64,000 bases of DNA from the human T2T-CHM13v2.0 reference genome, Homo sapiens. This document shows, piece by piece, positions 51,828 through 64,000 of this stretch (positions are counted from its first letter, which is position 1; each line of letters begins with the position of its first letter). The notes below the pieces were generated by a model. That model was not told the DNA's origin. It saw only the letters and a program-made list of their open reading frames with translations, and did no database searches. A program made the position numbers and the translations under genes. The stretch is taken from assembly GCF_009914755.1 (NCBI RefSeq), contig NC_060942.1; one strand, 5' to 3'.

Positions 51828-53012
51828 CTTGAAACCAACACCTGCCAGATAATTCTTCCACAGAGTCAATAAAGTGGTTGAAACTTGTAATTATGTCCTT
51901 ATTTTGCAGATAATGTAATAGGCTTAGAGTTTAACCAAGGACATGAAGTCAATGAGGCAGAGGAGGCTCAAATATGTGTTTCTGTGAATCAAAATCTGCT
52001 TTCAGTAACACTTTTCTATTATTCCATCTGAAGATGTATAATATAAATTTATAGCTCTCTTTACATTCCTAGTCTTTTAAGAGAGTTTCTAGTTAAATAT
52101 GGTGAAATACAATGAAAAATTGAAAGGAATAAATGAGAATTTGGCAGGAAACCTAAAACAATATTTGTATAACAGGTTATTTTATTTAGAAAATAAAACT
52201 TCGGCACAGTTCAGAAAGCTGATGATGGCTCAACAGAAGAATGTGGTAGCATTGTTTGTCATCAGGTTCTTAACACAAACTGCTGTTAGTACCTATTGAG
52301 ATGATGACATAAACTTGCGTAAGCAGTAGTCTCCTCTAAACTCTACCACCTTTCAAATCAAATAGAGAGCAAATCAGTGTGTTAAAACAACAATGATATT
52401 GTTTGGAGGTTTGTCTCCTCTACATCTTATGTTGAAATGTGATTCCCAGTGTTGGAGATGGGGCCTGATGAGAGGTGACTGGATCATGGGAGCAGATCTC
52501 TCATGAATGATTTGGCACCATCCCCTTGTTGGTAAGTGAGTTCTTGCTCAGTTAGTTCATACAGATCTGTTTGTTTAAAAATGTGTGGTACCTCCTCAAC
52601 TTGCTCTCTTGCTCCTGCTCTTGACATTTAATGTGCCTGCTCCCACTTCACCTTCCGCCATGATTGTAGCATCCTGAGAACCTCACCAGGAACAGAGTAA
52701 ATGTTGGTGCCATGCTTGTATAGCCTGTGAACCATGAGCCAATTAAACCTTTTTCTTTACTAATTACCCAGTCTCAGGTATTCCTTTATACTAATGCACA
52801 AGAGACTAATACAGAAATTTGGTACCGTGGGATGAGGTGTTGCTATAAACATACCTGAAAACATAGAATCAATTTTGGAACTGGGTGATAGGCAGAGGTT
52901 GGACAAGATTGGAGGTCTCAGAAGAAGACAGGAAGTTGAGAAAAACTTGGAATGTGTTAGAGACTTGTTAAGTGATTGTGATCAAAATGCTGATAGAAAT
53001 ATGGACAGTGAA

Positions 53013-53312
53013 GGCTGGGCGCGGTGGCTCACACCTGTAATCCCAGCACTTTGGGAGGCCAAGGCAGGCAGATCACGAGGTCAGGAGATCAAGACCATCC
53101 TGGCTAACACGGTGAAACCCCATCTCTACTAAAAATACAAAAAATTAGCCGGGTGTGGTGGCGGGCGCCCATAGTCGCAGCTACTCGGGAGGCTGAGGCA
53201 GGAGAAGGGCGTGAACCCAGGAGGCAGAGCTTGCATTGAGCCAAGATCGCATCACTGCACTCCAGCCTGGGCGACAAGCGAGACTCCATCTCCAAAAAAA
53301 AAAAAAAAAAAA
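53013..53312 (+). mobile_element. AluY inserted in the MST internal region
   Basis: GATCACGAGGTCAGGAGATC.AGACCATCCTGGCTAACACGG; TSD AAATATGGACAGT(G/A)AA. Confidence 0.95.
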
Positions 53313-54638
53313 TATGGACAGTAAAGAAAAGGTTGATGAGGTCACAGATGGAAATGAGTAAGTTATTGAGTACTGGAGTAAAGGTCACCTGTGTTATGTC
53401 CTAGCAAAGAGCTTGGCTTCATTGTGTTCAGGCCCTAGGAATCTGTGAAAGTGGAAGTTTGAACTCAAGAGTGTCTGGTGGAAGAAATTTCCAAGCAGCA
53501 AAGCATTTCAGAGGTAGCTCTAGTTGCTTCTAAGAACCTACAATCAGATATGGGAACAAAAAATAACTTAAAGTTGGAACTTATATTTAAAAGGGAAGTA
53601 GAACATAAAAGTTTGGAAAACTTGCAGCATAGCCATGTGGCAGAGAAAGAAAAAGCATTTTTCAGAAGACAAATAAAAGCACAGCAACAACTTGCTAGAG
53701 AGATTAGCATGACAACAAAGGAGCCAAGTGGTAATATCCAAGACGATGGCCAAAAGGCCCTAAAGACATTTCAGAAATCGTGGAGACATCTCCTCCCAAC
53801 ACAAGTTCGAAGACCTAGGAGGAAAGAATAGTTTTGTGGGCTGGGCCATGGACCTCACTGCCATGCATGATATTGGGGCACTACTCCCTGCATCCCAGCT
53901 GCTCCAGCTCCAGCCACAGCTCAAAAGGCCCCAGGTACAGCTGAGACCACCACTCCAGAGGGCACAAGCCATAATCCTTGGCAACTTTCATGTGGAATTA
54001 AATCTGCAGGTGTACATAATGCAAGAGTGAAGGAGGCTTGGCAGCTTCCCTGTAGATTTCAGAGGATGTATGAGAAAACCTGGGTGCCCAGGTAGAAGAC
54101 TGCTACAAGAGTGGAGCCCTCACAGAGAACTTTATTAGGGCAGTGTGGAGGGCAAATGTGGGATGGAAACCCAACACAGAGTTCTCACCAGGGCACTGCC
54201 TAGTGGAGCTATGGGAAGGGGATCACTGCCCTCCAGACTCCAGAATGATAGAGCATTGGCAGTTTGCCTAAGCCTGGACAGGAAGCAGGCACTCAACTCT
54301 AACCTGTAAGAGTAGCTGTGGGTGCTGCACCCTAAAAAGCCACAGTGCAGAGCTGCCCAAGGCCTTGGAGCCCATCCCTTGCACCAGGATATGGGACATG
54401 AAGTTAAAAGAGATTATTTTGGAACTTTAAGATTTAATGACTGCCAGTAGCCCCATTCTCCCTTTTGGAAAGAGAATATTTATTTAATGGCTGTACTCAC
54501 ATTGTATCTCAGAAGTATGTAACTTGTTTTGATTTTACAGGCTGATGGGTGGAGGAGATGTGTATCAGGTGAGACTTAGGACTTTGTAGTTGGTGTTGAA
54601 ACAAAGAGTTTGGGGAACTATTGGGAAGGGGTGATTGT

Positions 54639-56941
54639 TGTATTAGTGCATTCTTATGCTGCTAATAAAGACATACCTGAGACTGGGTAATTTATAAAGG
54701 AAAGAGGTTTAATTGACTCACAGTTCAGCATGGCTGGGGAGGCATCAGGAAATTTATAATCATAGCAGAAACAGAAGGAGAAGCAAGGCACCTTCTTCCC
54801 AAGGCAACACTTACAAAACCATTAGACCTTGTGAGAACTCACTCACTATCACAAGAAGAGCATGGTGGAAACCACCTCTATGATTCAATTACCTCCCACC
54901 AGGTCCCTCCTATGACAATATGGATTATTATGATTCAAGATGAGATTTGGGTGGGGACACAGAGCCAAACCATATCATTCTGCCCCTTGCCTCTCCCAAA
55001 TCGCATGTCCTCACATTTCAAAACAAAATCATGCCCTTCAACAGTCCCCCAAGTTCTTAATTCTTTCCAGCAATAACCCAAATGTCTAAGTCCAAAGCTC
55101 ATTTGAGACAGGAAAAGTCCCTTCCACCTATGAACCTGCAACATCAAAAGCAAGTTAGTTATTTTCTAGATACAATGGGGGTACAGGCATTGGGCAAATG
55201 CAGGCATTCAAAACTGGAAAAATTGGCCAAACAAAGTGGCTACAGGCCCAGTGAAAGTCTGTAATCCAATAGAACAGTCAATAAACCTTAAAGTTTCAAA
55301 ATGATCTCCTTTGACTCCATGTCTCACATCCAGGTCACACTCATGCAAGAGGTGGGTTCCCATGGCCTTGGGCAACTCCAGACCTGTGGTTTTGCAGGGT
55401 ATAGCTTCCCCCCAGCTGCTATCATGGGCTGGTCTTGTCTGCGGCTTTTCAAGGTACATTGTGCAAGCAGTCAGTGAATCTTCCATTCAGGGTTCTGGAG
55501 GACAGTGGCTCTCTTTTCACAGTTCCACTAGGCAGTGCTCCAGTGGAGACTCTGTGTAGGGGCTCCAAGCCCACTTTTCCCTTCCACACTGCCCTAGCAG
55601 AGGTTCTCCATGAAGGAACCACCCCTGCAGTAAACTTCTGCCTGGATATCCAGGTGTTTCCATACATCCTCTGAAATCTAGGTGGAAGTTCCCAAAACTC
55701 ATTTCTTAAGTTCTGTGCACCTTCAGGCCCAACACAACACATAAGCCACCAAGTCTTGGGGCTTGCATCCTCTGAAGCAACAGCCTGAGCTGTACATTGG
55801 CCCCTTTTAGCCATGGCTGGGATACAGGGAAGCAGGTCCCAAGACTGCAGGAAGCAGCAAGGCCCTGGGCCCGACCCACAAAACCATTTTTTCCTCCTAG
55901 GCCTCTGGGTCTGTAATAGGAGGGGATTCCATGAAGACCTCTGACTTGTCCTGGAGACATTTTCCCCATTGTCTTGACGATTAACATTTGGCTCCTTGGT
56001 ACTAAGGCAAATTTCTAGAGCCAGCTTGAATTTCTCCTTGGAAAATAGATTTTTCTTTTCTATCACATTGCCAGGCTGCAAATTTTCCAAACTTTTATGC
56101 TCTTCTGCCCTTTTAAACATAAGTTCCAATTCCAAACCATGTATTTGCAAATGCATAAAACAGAATGCTTTCAAGAGCACCCAAGTCACATCTTGAATGC
56201 TTTGCTGCTTAGAAATTCTTTCACCAGATACCCTAAATCATCTACCTCAAGTTCAAAATTCCATAGATCTCTACAGCAGGAGCAAAACATCACCAGTCTC
56301 TTTGCTAAAGTTCAGCAAGAATGACCTTTATTCCAGTTCCCAACAAGTTCGTCATATCTATCTGAGATCACTTCAGCCTGGACTTTATTGTCGATATCAC
56401 TATCAGCATATTGATCAAAGCCATTCAACAAGTATCTAGGAAGTTCCAAACTTTCTCACATCTTCCTGTCTTTTTCTGAGCCCTCCAAACTGCTCCAACC
56501 TCTGCCTGTTACTAAGTTCCAAAGTTGCTTCCACATTTTTGGGTATCTTTACAGCAGCACCCCACTACCTTGATTAGTCTCTTCTCATGCTGCTAATAAA
56601 GACATCTCCGAGACTGGGTAATTTATAATGGAAAGAGCTTTATTGACTCACAGTTCAGCATGGTTGGGGGGGCCTCAGGAAATTTACAATCTTGGCAGAA
56701 GGCAAAGAGGAAGCAAGGCACCCTTTTTATAAGGTGGCAGGAGGAGATGTGCCAGCAAAGGAAATGCCAGATGATTATAAAACCATCAGATTTCGTGAGA
56801 ACTCACTCACTATCATGAGAACAGCATGGGGAAACCACCCTCATGATTCAATTACCTCCCACAAGGACCCTCCCACAACACGAGGAGATTATTACAATTC
56901 AAGGTGAGATTTGGGTGGGGACACAGAGCCAAATAATATCA
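54639..56941 (-). mobile_element. Full-length THE1D-like element nested in MST: LTR 54639-54977, internal, LTR ~56571-56941
   Basis: Two LTRs and perfect TSD ATTGT (54634-54638 / 56942-56946); ORF 55449-56189 is MaLR internal ORF remnant. Confidence 0.95.
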
Positions 56942-58434
56942 ATTGTATTTTGCAATATGAGAAGAACATGAGATTTGCAGGGCCAGGAGAAGAATGATAC
57001 GGATTACAACCTCCAAATTTCATGTTGATACGTGACCTCCAATGTTGGAGGTGGTGCCTAGTTGGAAGTATTGGCCCTTGGGGCTGGATCCCTTGTGAAT
57101 GGCTTAGAGCCATCTCCTTGGTAATGAGTGAGTTCTCACTCAGTTAGTTCCCGTGAGATCTGGTTGTTTAAAAGGGACTGGGACCTTCCCCTTTTCTCTC
57201 TTGCTCCTGTTGTCACCACATGATATGATGTCTATCCCTTTGCCTTCCACCATGATTGGAAGTTTCATGATGCCTTACCAGAAGCTGAGCAGATGCTGGC
57301 ACCATGTTTCCTGTACACCTTGTGGAACTGCGAGCCAATTAAACCTCTTTTCTTTATAAATTACCCAGCCTCAGGTATTTCTGTATAGCAAGTACAAAAA
57401 TGGCCTAATGCAAACAACAAAAATTACCAGGCTGAATTAAATCTACCACTTGGGAAACATATATTTCTGGAACCTACATCTTAATAATAATATAATTTGG
57501 GGGTTAATTACACTTACAAACAAACTTCCCACAAAATTCTGTCCTACCAGATCCTCTCCTCTCTAAAATTGACAAGGGGTTTTGACCACCATTTGGCTAC
57601 TCCTCCCTCATGCTTTCTTTTTTCACAAAGTCGCTAGTTCATCATTTCTACCATACATCAACAGTACTCTTCCTTTGCTAGATTAAGATTTTTCACTATG
57701 AGTTCATTTTTCTACTCACTATAATAAAACCCTCTGTATCTTCAGTTCCTCATCATTCTTCACTTCATCTTAGTATTTCTCACTATATCAGTGATATTGC
57801 TCCATAAGATATTATTTGTTTTGTTTCTTTAAGCCCCTATGTTGGCTTTTCATCCTCTGCTCATGTATATGATTTTTTTTTTGCAAAACACATACACACA
57901 TATATACAAACACACACACAATCACACACAGTCTTCTCAAAGTGTTCTCAGCCTAGAGTCTACACTGTTTTACTCTTGTCTTTATTTAAAGCCATGTTTT
58001 AAAATACATTTTACAACATTGTTGGTAGACCAACCAGAGTAGGCTCACCAGAGGATAACTAAAAGTGAATACTTCTCATCCCTCAGAATTTTAGGTATAA
58101 TGTTGAGAAAATATGCATATTAGCTAGCTTATGCTGCTACATTTGAGAATCACTAACTTAATTGTTTTGTCTCCAATTTTCATAATTCTTGGTAAGTTTT
58201 TATATATAAATCTCTGATACATCTCTTCTTCATCAGAGGAGAGAAAGAATAAGGAAAACAGATTTAGTGTGATTTGACATTTATTGAACACATGAAATGT
58301 GTAGGGCTCTGTACTCAGCTGTTCTAAATATGTTATATCATATAGAGTCTTTTAATGTAATTTCTATTTCTGAATTTCTCATTTGCCTTGCTTTTCAGTA
58401 ACATTTGATATATTTGGTCAACATCTCACTAGAG

Positions 58435-58655
58435 AGAGAACACTGTGTAGTATTTAATACCATGGAATCTTGACTTCATTTTTGCCAACTATGGGACTTT
58501 AGCTAGGTTATCTGAGCTCTTTATGCCTTAGTTTCTTCATTTGCAAAACAGTTATGGTAATATCACCTATCTAATAGGGATGCTATGAGGCTTAAATGAG
58601 CATGCTTATAATACTGCCTGGCCCAAAGTCATTGTTCAGGGTACGTTAGTATTTG
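58435..58655 (+). mobile_element. MIR SINE
   Basis: ATGCCTTAGTTTCTTCATTTGCAAAA..GGTAATATCACCTATCTAATAGGGATGCTATGAGGCTTAAATGAG core. Confidence 0.8.
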
Positions 58656-61600
58656 TTGGCTTTTATTTTCCTTAAAATAAGCTCATGTGGATTCTGAGAT
58701 TTTGTTTTTTAATCTGACCTCACAGTGTTGGAATCCTTATGTTTATATCACACTTGAGAATATGCAGAACATATTGAAATTATTTTTTGATTTCAGAGAA
58801 CCGTAGGAGTTTGTGCCACATTATTAGGAATGTTTAAAGGTCTAGAAATATCTGTCTTCTTCATAGAAATAAGTTTTGTTCTTATAATTTGTCTTATGGG
58901 TTTGGCTTGTGACTCACTCATTGTTTTCACTGTGATTTAGTTATATTCAGTCATGAATATTTAATGGCTTAGGGCAACAAGTTTAAGTTGGTCAGTAATG
59001 ATGACAGTAATTGTGCTAGGAAGAGTTTACATGTGTGTGGGACTTTGTACCTTATGTCTTTCATGCACATCTCAATTGATACTCATAATAACTATAAATT
59101 GACAGGGAACAAACTTTAAAAAAAGCAGATAAAAAATTAAAGTTCAGGGAGGCTGATTCACCAGAAGTCACACGAAAGGAATGAGGAGGAACACATTTTT
59201 CTCCGTGGCCCAGGAATACTGTGAACTCTTCAACCTGATGTGCTTTTACCTTGGATTCTTGTTTAATATTCCTTTCAGTGAAGATGGTTTGCACAGCCAG
59301 GTGCATATGGCATAGAATGAAAAGTAACCTGGACTACAATATGTGAGCTCTCTGATTGTACATAACTGTGTAGTTTTTTATAGAATTAACTGGACTTCTA
59401 CAAATTTATATTATCACCAGGCAGAAATAAGTTGGGGATAATGCTGGATCAGTAGAGGAAACTTCAGCTAGGATTAGACTTACTCCAAAATTCAAGAGGC
59501 AGAACCTTGTAAGCAGGACGGTTGCTAAGTAAACCCATGGATTTTGATTTGTTCAAACTCCTTTCCATGATTATCCAGCCTTTTTGAACATCTCTATTTC
59601 TTCTTACAAAGTTAATCTGAATATGAAAAAAAAAATGCCCTTCCAAAATCCATCAGAGTAAAAGCCATGTTGATAACACGTTAGTGGCCTCATTTCATTT
59701 TATGAAGGAAGATATTTACATATACATAGCTTGGTTTTGGGTAGACTTCTAATTAGAATTTTCAAAATTTAAGGCTGAATTGCAAACACATTTTGATTGC
59801 TTATTTGGTAAGGAAGCAAAATGTATTTGTCATTTTTAGTGTTTTTTTCCCAATGTATTATTTTTTATGTTGTTTTACATGATCTTTGCAGAGTTCTGAA
59901 AAGTAGTCTGATTTTTAGATAATTATTTATTTTAATGAATAGATTGATGAGTGATATATGGTCATTTTACATTATTTGGCCATAATATGTGTGTTTGTGT
60001 GTGTGCATATGTGTAGTTTTCAACATGTAACACACATATAAAATTTAAAATTATAAGAATTTTTAAAACTAGGAAGAAAGTTTATTTAAAAATAAACATT
60101 TTTAGGGTAATGACAGAAAGTCAAAATTTCTTCATGGCATTTTTTTCCCATATTTATCCCTAAGAATTACCTCTTACTGAGGAACATTGACTGCGTTTGG
60201 CAGAAATCATTTATCTCAAAGCATGTGAGAATAAACAAACATTTCCCTACCTAATTTAATTTTTCTTTCGCCAATTAGTAATTTTATATGCTTGCTGGCA
60301 ATAATACAATTACACTCTTCCTTGCTACCACACCATGCAGAAGACTTGAGAATAGAAAAATAATATTTATTTTCCATTTTTGAATTTAATAGTCTACATA
60401 TAACATTTTCACTTTAAAAACATGGTTTATTAGAGAGTGATTTTAATTATGTCTCCTGCAGCCTGCCTGTCTTAGTCCTGGTCTTTCTTCCTCTCTTTTC
60501 TCCTTCCATTTTTTTTCTTACCTATAGAAGTAGTAAAATTGCCACATTTTTCAAACAAAGTAGCAGTATCTAAGATGGAAGTGGACTCCAACTGATTTTT
60601 GCAGACATAGCCTCAATTTCATGTTAAAATCTTAAATAAGACTGAATAAATTTTGTTTACTTAGCTTTATTCTTCTTACTGAGATTGATTGATTTCCTTA
60701 GGTAATGTCTAGCGTTTAGTTGGAAAGGAGAGGTATCTCCTTTTTGTGACCATAGTTTGGACAATTTACTGTATAAAATCACAATTTATGTTACAAATAT
60801 AAATGCAACAAGTGTACAGAATACTCAAGGCTATATCTCTAATATTTATTTCTGCCCTATTATTTGGAACAGGATGACATTAACAAAAGCTATATGAAAT
60901 AAGCTCACTTACTTTTATTGAAACTTTGACCCTTCTTTCACAGGCACAGAGAACTCAACAATTCTGGTAATTTTATTATCAACAATAGCTTTAGCAAAGC
61001 AATATCAATCTCTGAAACCACTGGAGTTTCTGATTAGCATGTCAATAGCTCTGTATCCTCCTTTTTAAAGGATTACATCGTCTGCTGCCAAGATAGCCTA
61101 AATACCTTAAGTACAGGTCCAAACCAATTTAAATCTCTGCTGCTCTATCATTTCCCATATTAAGATTTTTTTCTATCCTAAGAAATAGGATCCAAAATGT
61201 ATATCTCCTAAAATTGGTTGATGAAGTAGAAGGGGGATGTGTCATGGGGCATCTGATGCAATTTTTTTTTCCTCCACTGGTAGCAATTGTAGCAGATTAT
61301 AATGTCTAGATGCAATGTGTGTATGTTATTGAATTGTCAAAGTGTTAGTATATTATTTAAGCCATAATATTGCTATTACAAAACGGATTTAAGCTATGAG
61401 CTTTGTCTAAATTTATTTTTGTTTTCCATTCATTTAAATGGCACTTCTCAAAAATAACAGTCAACACAAAAATAGGACAGATATCCCAGTACACTGAGGT
61501 CTGGCAATAAATGACAAATGTGATGACAATGCTCACAGTGATCATGAGGGCTCTATCATTTTGACAGTTATGCAGTGTCTTCTATAATTAGTCTGAGAAT

Positions 61601-62037
61601 CAAACACTACTTTACTCAACCACGTGGTAAAGTGGAAGAATTTAATTTATTGAAGATTAATAAAGTCACAGGGAACATTAAAAGGTTGCTGAACTCTTCA
61701 ATACAGATTGTAAATCAGGGTGTTATATTATTTTGTTTGCTTTTTAAATAACAAATTTGAAAAAAACTTCTTACTAATAAATTGCTACTACACTGAAATG
61801 TTATATGATGCTTTAAAAACTTATACTTTCTTTCTTTTAAAGAATAAGCAATTTTCAGCAGGACCAATTATTTTCAATTCTGCTTGGAATTAGTATGATA
61901 AATACACCTTAAAAATCAAAATAGTACAGCACTATCGGTCTAGAACCACCTGGAGTATTGACTTTTACATGCAATATTATTTTTAAAAGATGCTAAAAAG
62001 GAAAATGCAAACTAAAATCACTTAGTTAGACACTTCT

Positions 62038-62190
62038 GGCTGGGTACGGTGGCTCACGTAGTCGTAGCATTTTGGGAGGCTGAGACAGGAGAATTGCTTG
62101 AGCCTAGGAGTTCCAGACCAGCCTTGGCAACATAGCAAGACTCCATCTCTATTTACAAAAATGAATTGTTAATAATCAAAATACATAAAA
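62038..62190 (+). mobile_element. FLAM_C / free left Alu monomer with decayed tail
   Basis: GGCTGGGTACGGTGGCTCAC...TTGCTTGAGCCTAGGAGTTC..ACCAGCC; flanking TAGACAC repeats. Confidence 0.85.
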
Positions 62191-64000
62191 TAGACACCTT
62201 CATAGGTACCTTTGGATGTACGTAAGAGTGAGCATTTTTGTGTTTTTGTGTGTGTGTTTCAGAGAAGTAGACAACAGAATTGTCTTTCTTAAAGTACACT
62301 ATAGAATTTGTTAAAGTAGGCTACAGAATTGTCTTTGTTAAAATTTTATAGCATGAGATAAGAAGTTTAAAGTGAGAATAAACTAAATTTTACTTGTTAA
62401 TACTTTCTTTTCTTATTCTTGATGAAAATGTAAGAGAACTGGTTACATGGAAAACCATTCAATCACTGAGCTATGTATTCTAGGTTCAAATTTTCTTTTT
62501 CTTTTCAAATATTTTAGTCACTTTAATTTTTCTCCTTGGGACCATTTCCAAATTTTCTGTATCTCTCTATGAAAATCTAAGAAAATTTGCAAGAAAGAGG
62601 ATTGTTTCACTTTGCAACTTTATCACTATACTTCTTATTACTGTTCAGTAGTTGGCCCATTCAGATTTTTAAATACTTCCAGATGGATTATGTCTAGTCT
62701 ATGACTCTCCCATTACTATAATTGCTATTAGTGAAAATACTAATATAGGTAGGCAAATTATGACAGAACTCAGCATGTGGAAACTGGGACATGTGGATCT
62801 GATCATTAACATTATCGAGGCCAGGGTGAGATTGTACAATTAGCTGGCCATGGATTAGAGGCAGTTTAAAGTTCTTTCCAATGCCAAGATTTTATCATTG
62901 TAAATACTGCAGTACAGTAACTGATATTTGCAATTTCAAGGAAGAAAACTGTAATACCAAGACCATGCACTTGGTATGAGAAGTGGGCGATGTGGTAACG
63001 AGGTGCATGTACCAGGACAAGGGACCCTGGTGGTTTTGGTGAAAGCATTTGGGAAAGTGAAAGGAGAGATGATAGGAGCACTGAAAGAGAGCCCATTATT
63101 GCTGGGTATGATAGCTATAGGTAAATAGGATGGAAGCAGATGGCATTTGTTCTTAACATTTTTCATTTTCTTTAAAGTAAGCTAATTAAATTTTACTTCT
63201 AAAACCCATGAGGTTTTAGTTATAATATTAATTATAAAGGAAAGGTATTTAAAAGAAGTTATTGACTTTTTTTTTAAAGGGCAGCTATGCAATAGAGATA
63301 ACTTCCTTTTATCTTAGCTTCTGTGGTCTCTTGTGGAAAATAATCTGAGAATGTCATCAGCACTATGTCATCTAGAAGAGTTTATCACCCTAAATCAAAT
63401 TGCACAAATAATTGTTTTTTAATACAGGGACTTTCTACATACAAAAAGTTATATAGGCATATAATGTCAACCTTCCTTGTACTTTTCTTCATTACCTAAT
63501 CTTATGAGTGAAAGTAATGCAATTGAGGTTGTGTACCTAGGACCCTACATACTATGTTAAGTTTGGAAATGGCTACATTATCATTTGCATAAGCCTCTCA
63601 TGCAGAATTATCTCACAACACAGGTTGTGAAAGCAGATTTACGGACAGCTCCTAAGTACTGTACGGTTAAATCCACTCAAGGTGAACCTATCAGACTCTT
63701 TTACATAGCAAAGAGTCTCTGGAGTAATCTGATTCTATCCTTACACATCGTGATGTTTATTCAAATAATTATGAAATATATTCTAAGTTGCCCATGATAT
63801 TGAATATCTACAACAAATAAAACTAGTTGTTCACCATTTTGATGATCCTGGCTTTGCAGCAGCTCTTCCAGACCTTCTCCTTGCTGCAGAATTGTGATGG
63901 CATGGTTCGATAATGGAGGAAATCCATTAAAAGGAAAGGAGCATCGACAAAAATGTGGGCCTATCACCCTGAGCTCATTTTGACCTACTACATCCTCCCT

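Larger units (their letters stand above)
52394..57412 (+). mobile_element. Full-length MST (MSTB-like) MaLR element: LTR 52394-52813, internal region interrupted by AluY and THE1, LTR 56995-57412
   Basis: Two related LTRs (TGATA...CTAATACA / CTAATGCA) and perfect TSD AACAA (52389-52393 / 57413-57417); internal ORF remnant 53478-53831 (EEISKQQSI). Confidence 0.93.

Noticed and set aside
52875-57359. Dense ORF cluster that looks operon-like
   Set aside because: Fully explained by GC-richer nested MST/THE1/Alu sequence.
62275-62345. Degenerate triple repeat ACAGAATTGTCTTT.TTAAA
   Set aside because: Short decayed tandem duplication with nothing suggesting function.

Overview
AT-rich, CpG-poor primate genomic DNA, most likely human or great ape given the AluY copies; it looks intergenic or deep-intronic. 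It contains no intact protein-coding gene, RNA gene or prokaryote-type system. Roughly half is interspersed repeats: old L1M and L2/MIR fragments, several Alus, a full-length THE1 (5798-7924), a nested MST/THE1/AluY cluster (52394-57412), MLT2 LTRs with an ERV-L internal fragment still showing its dUTPase motif, ERV1 solo LTRs and MER5 elements. The main feature missed by the ORF track is a decayed, 5'-truncated processed pseudogene of the splicing factor PRPF19 on the minus strand (~50397-51595). Other points worth checking are a twin-primed (5'-inverted) L1, several local duplications and rearrangements, candidate minus-strand exons of a possible spliced non-coding transcript, and a hairpin cluster plus an open frame at the right edge. 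Repeat subfamily names come from recalled consensus sequences, not from a database search, and I found no evidence for a new biological system.
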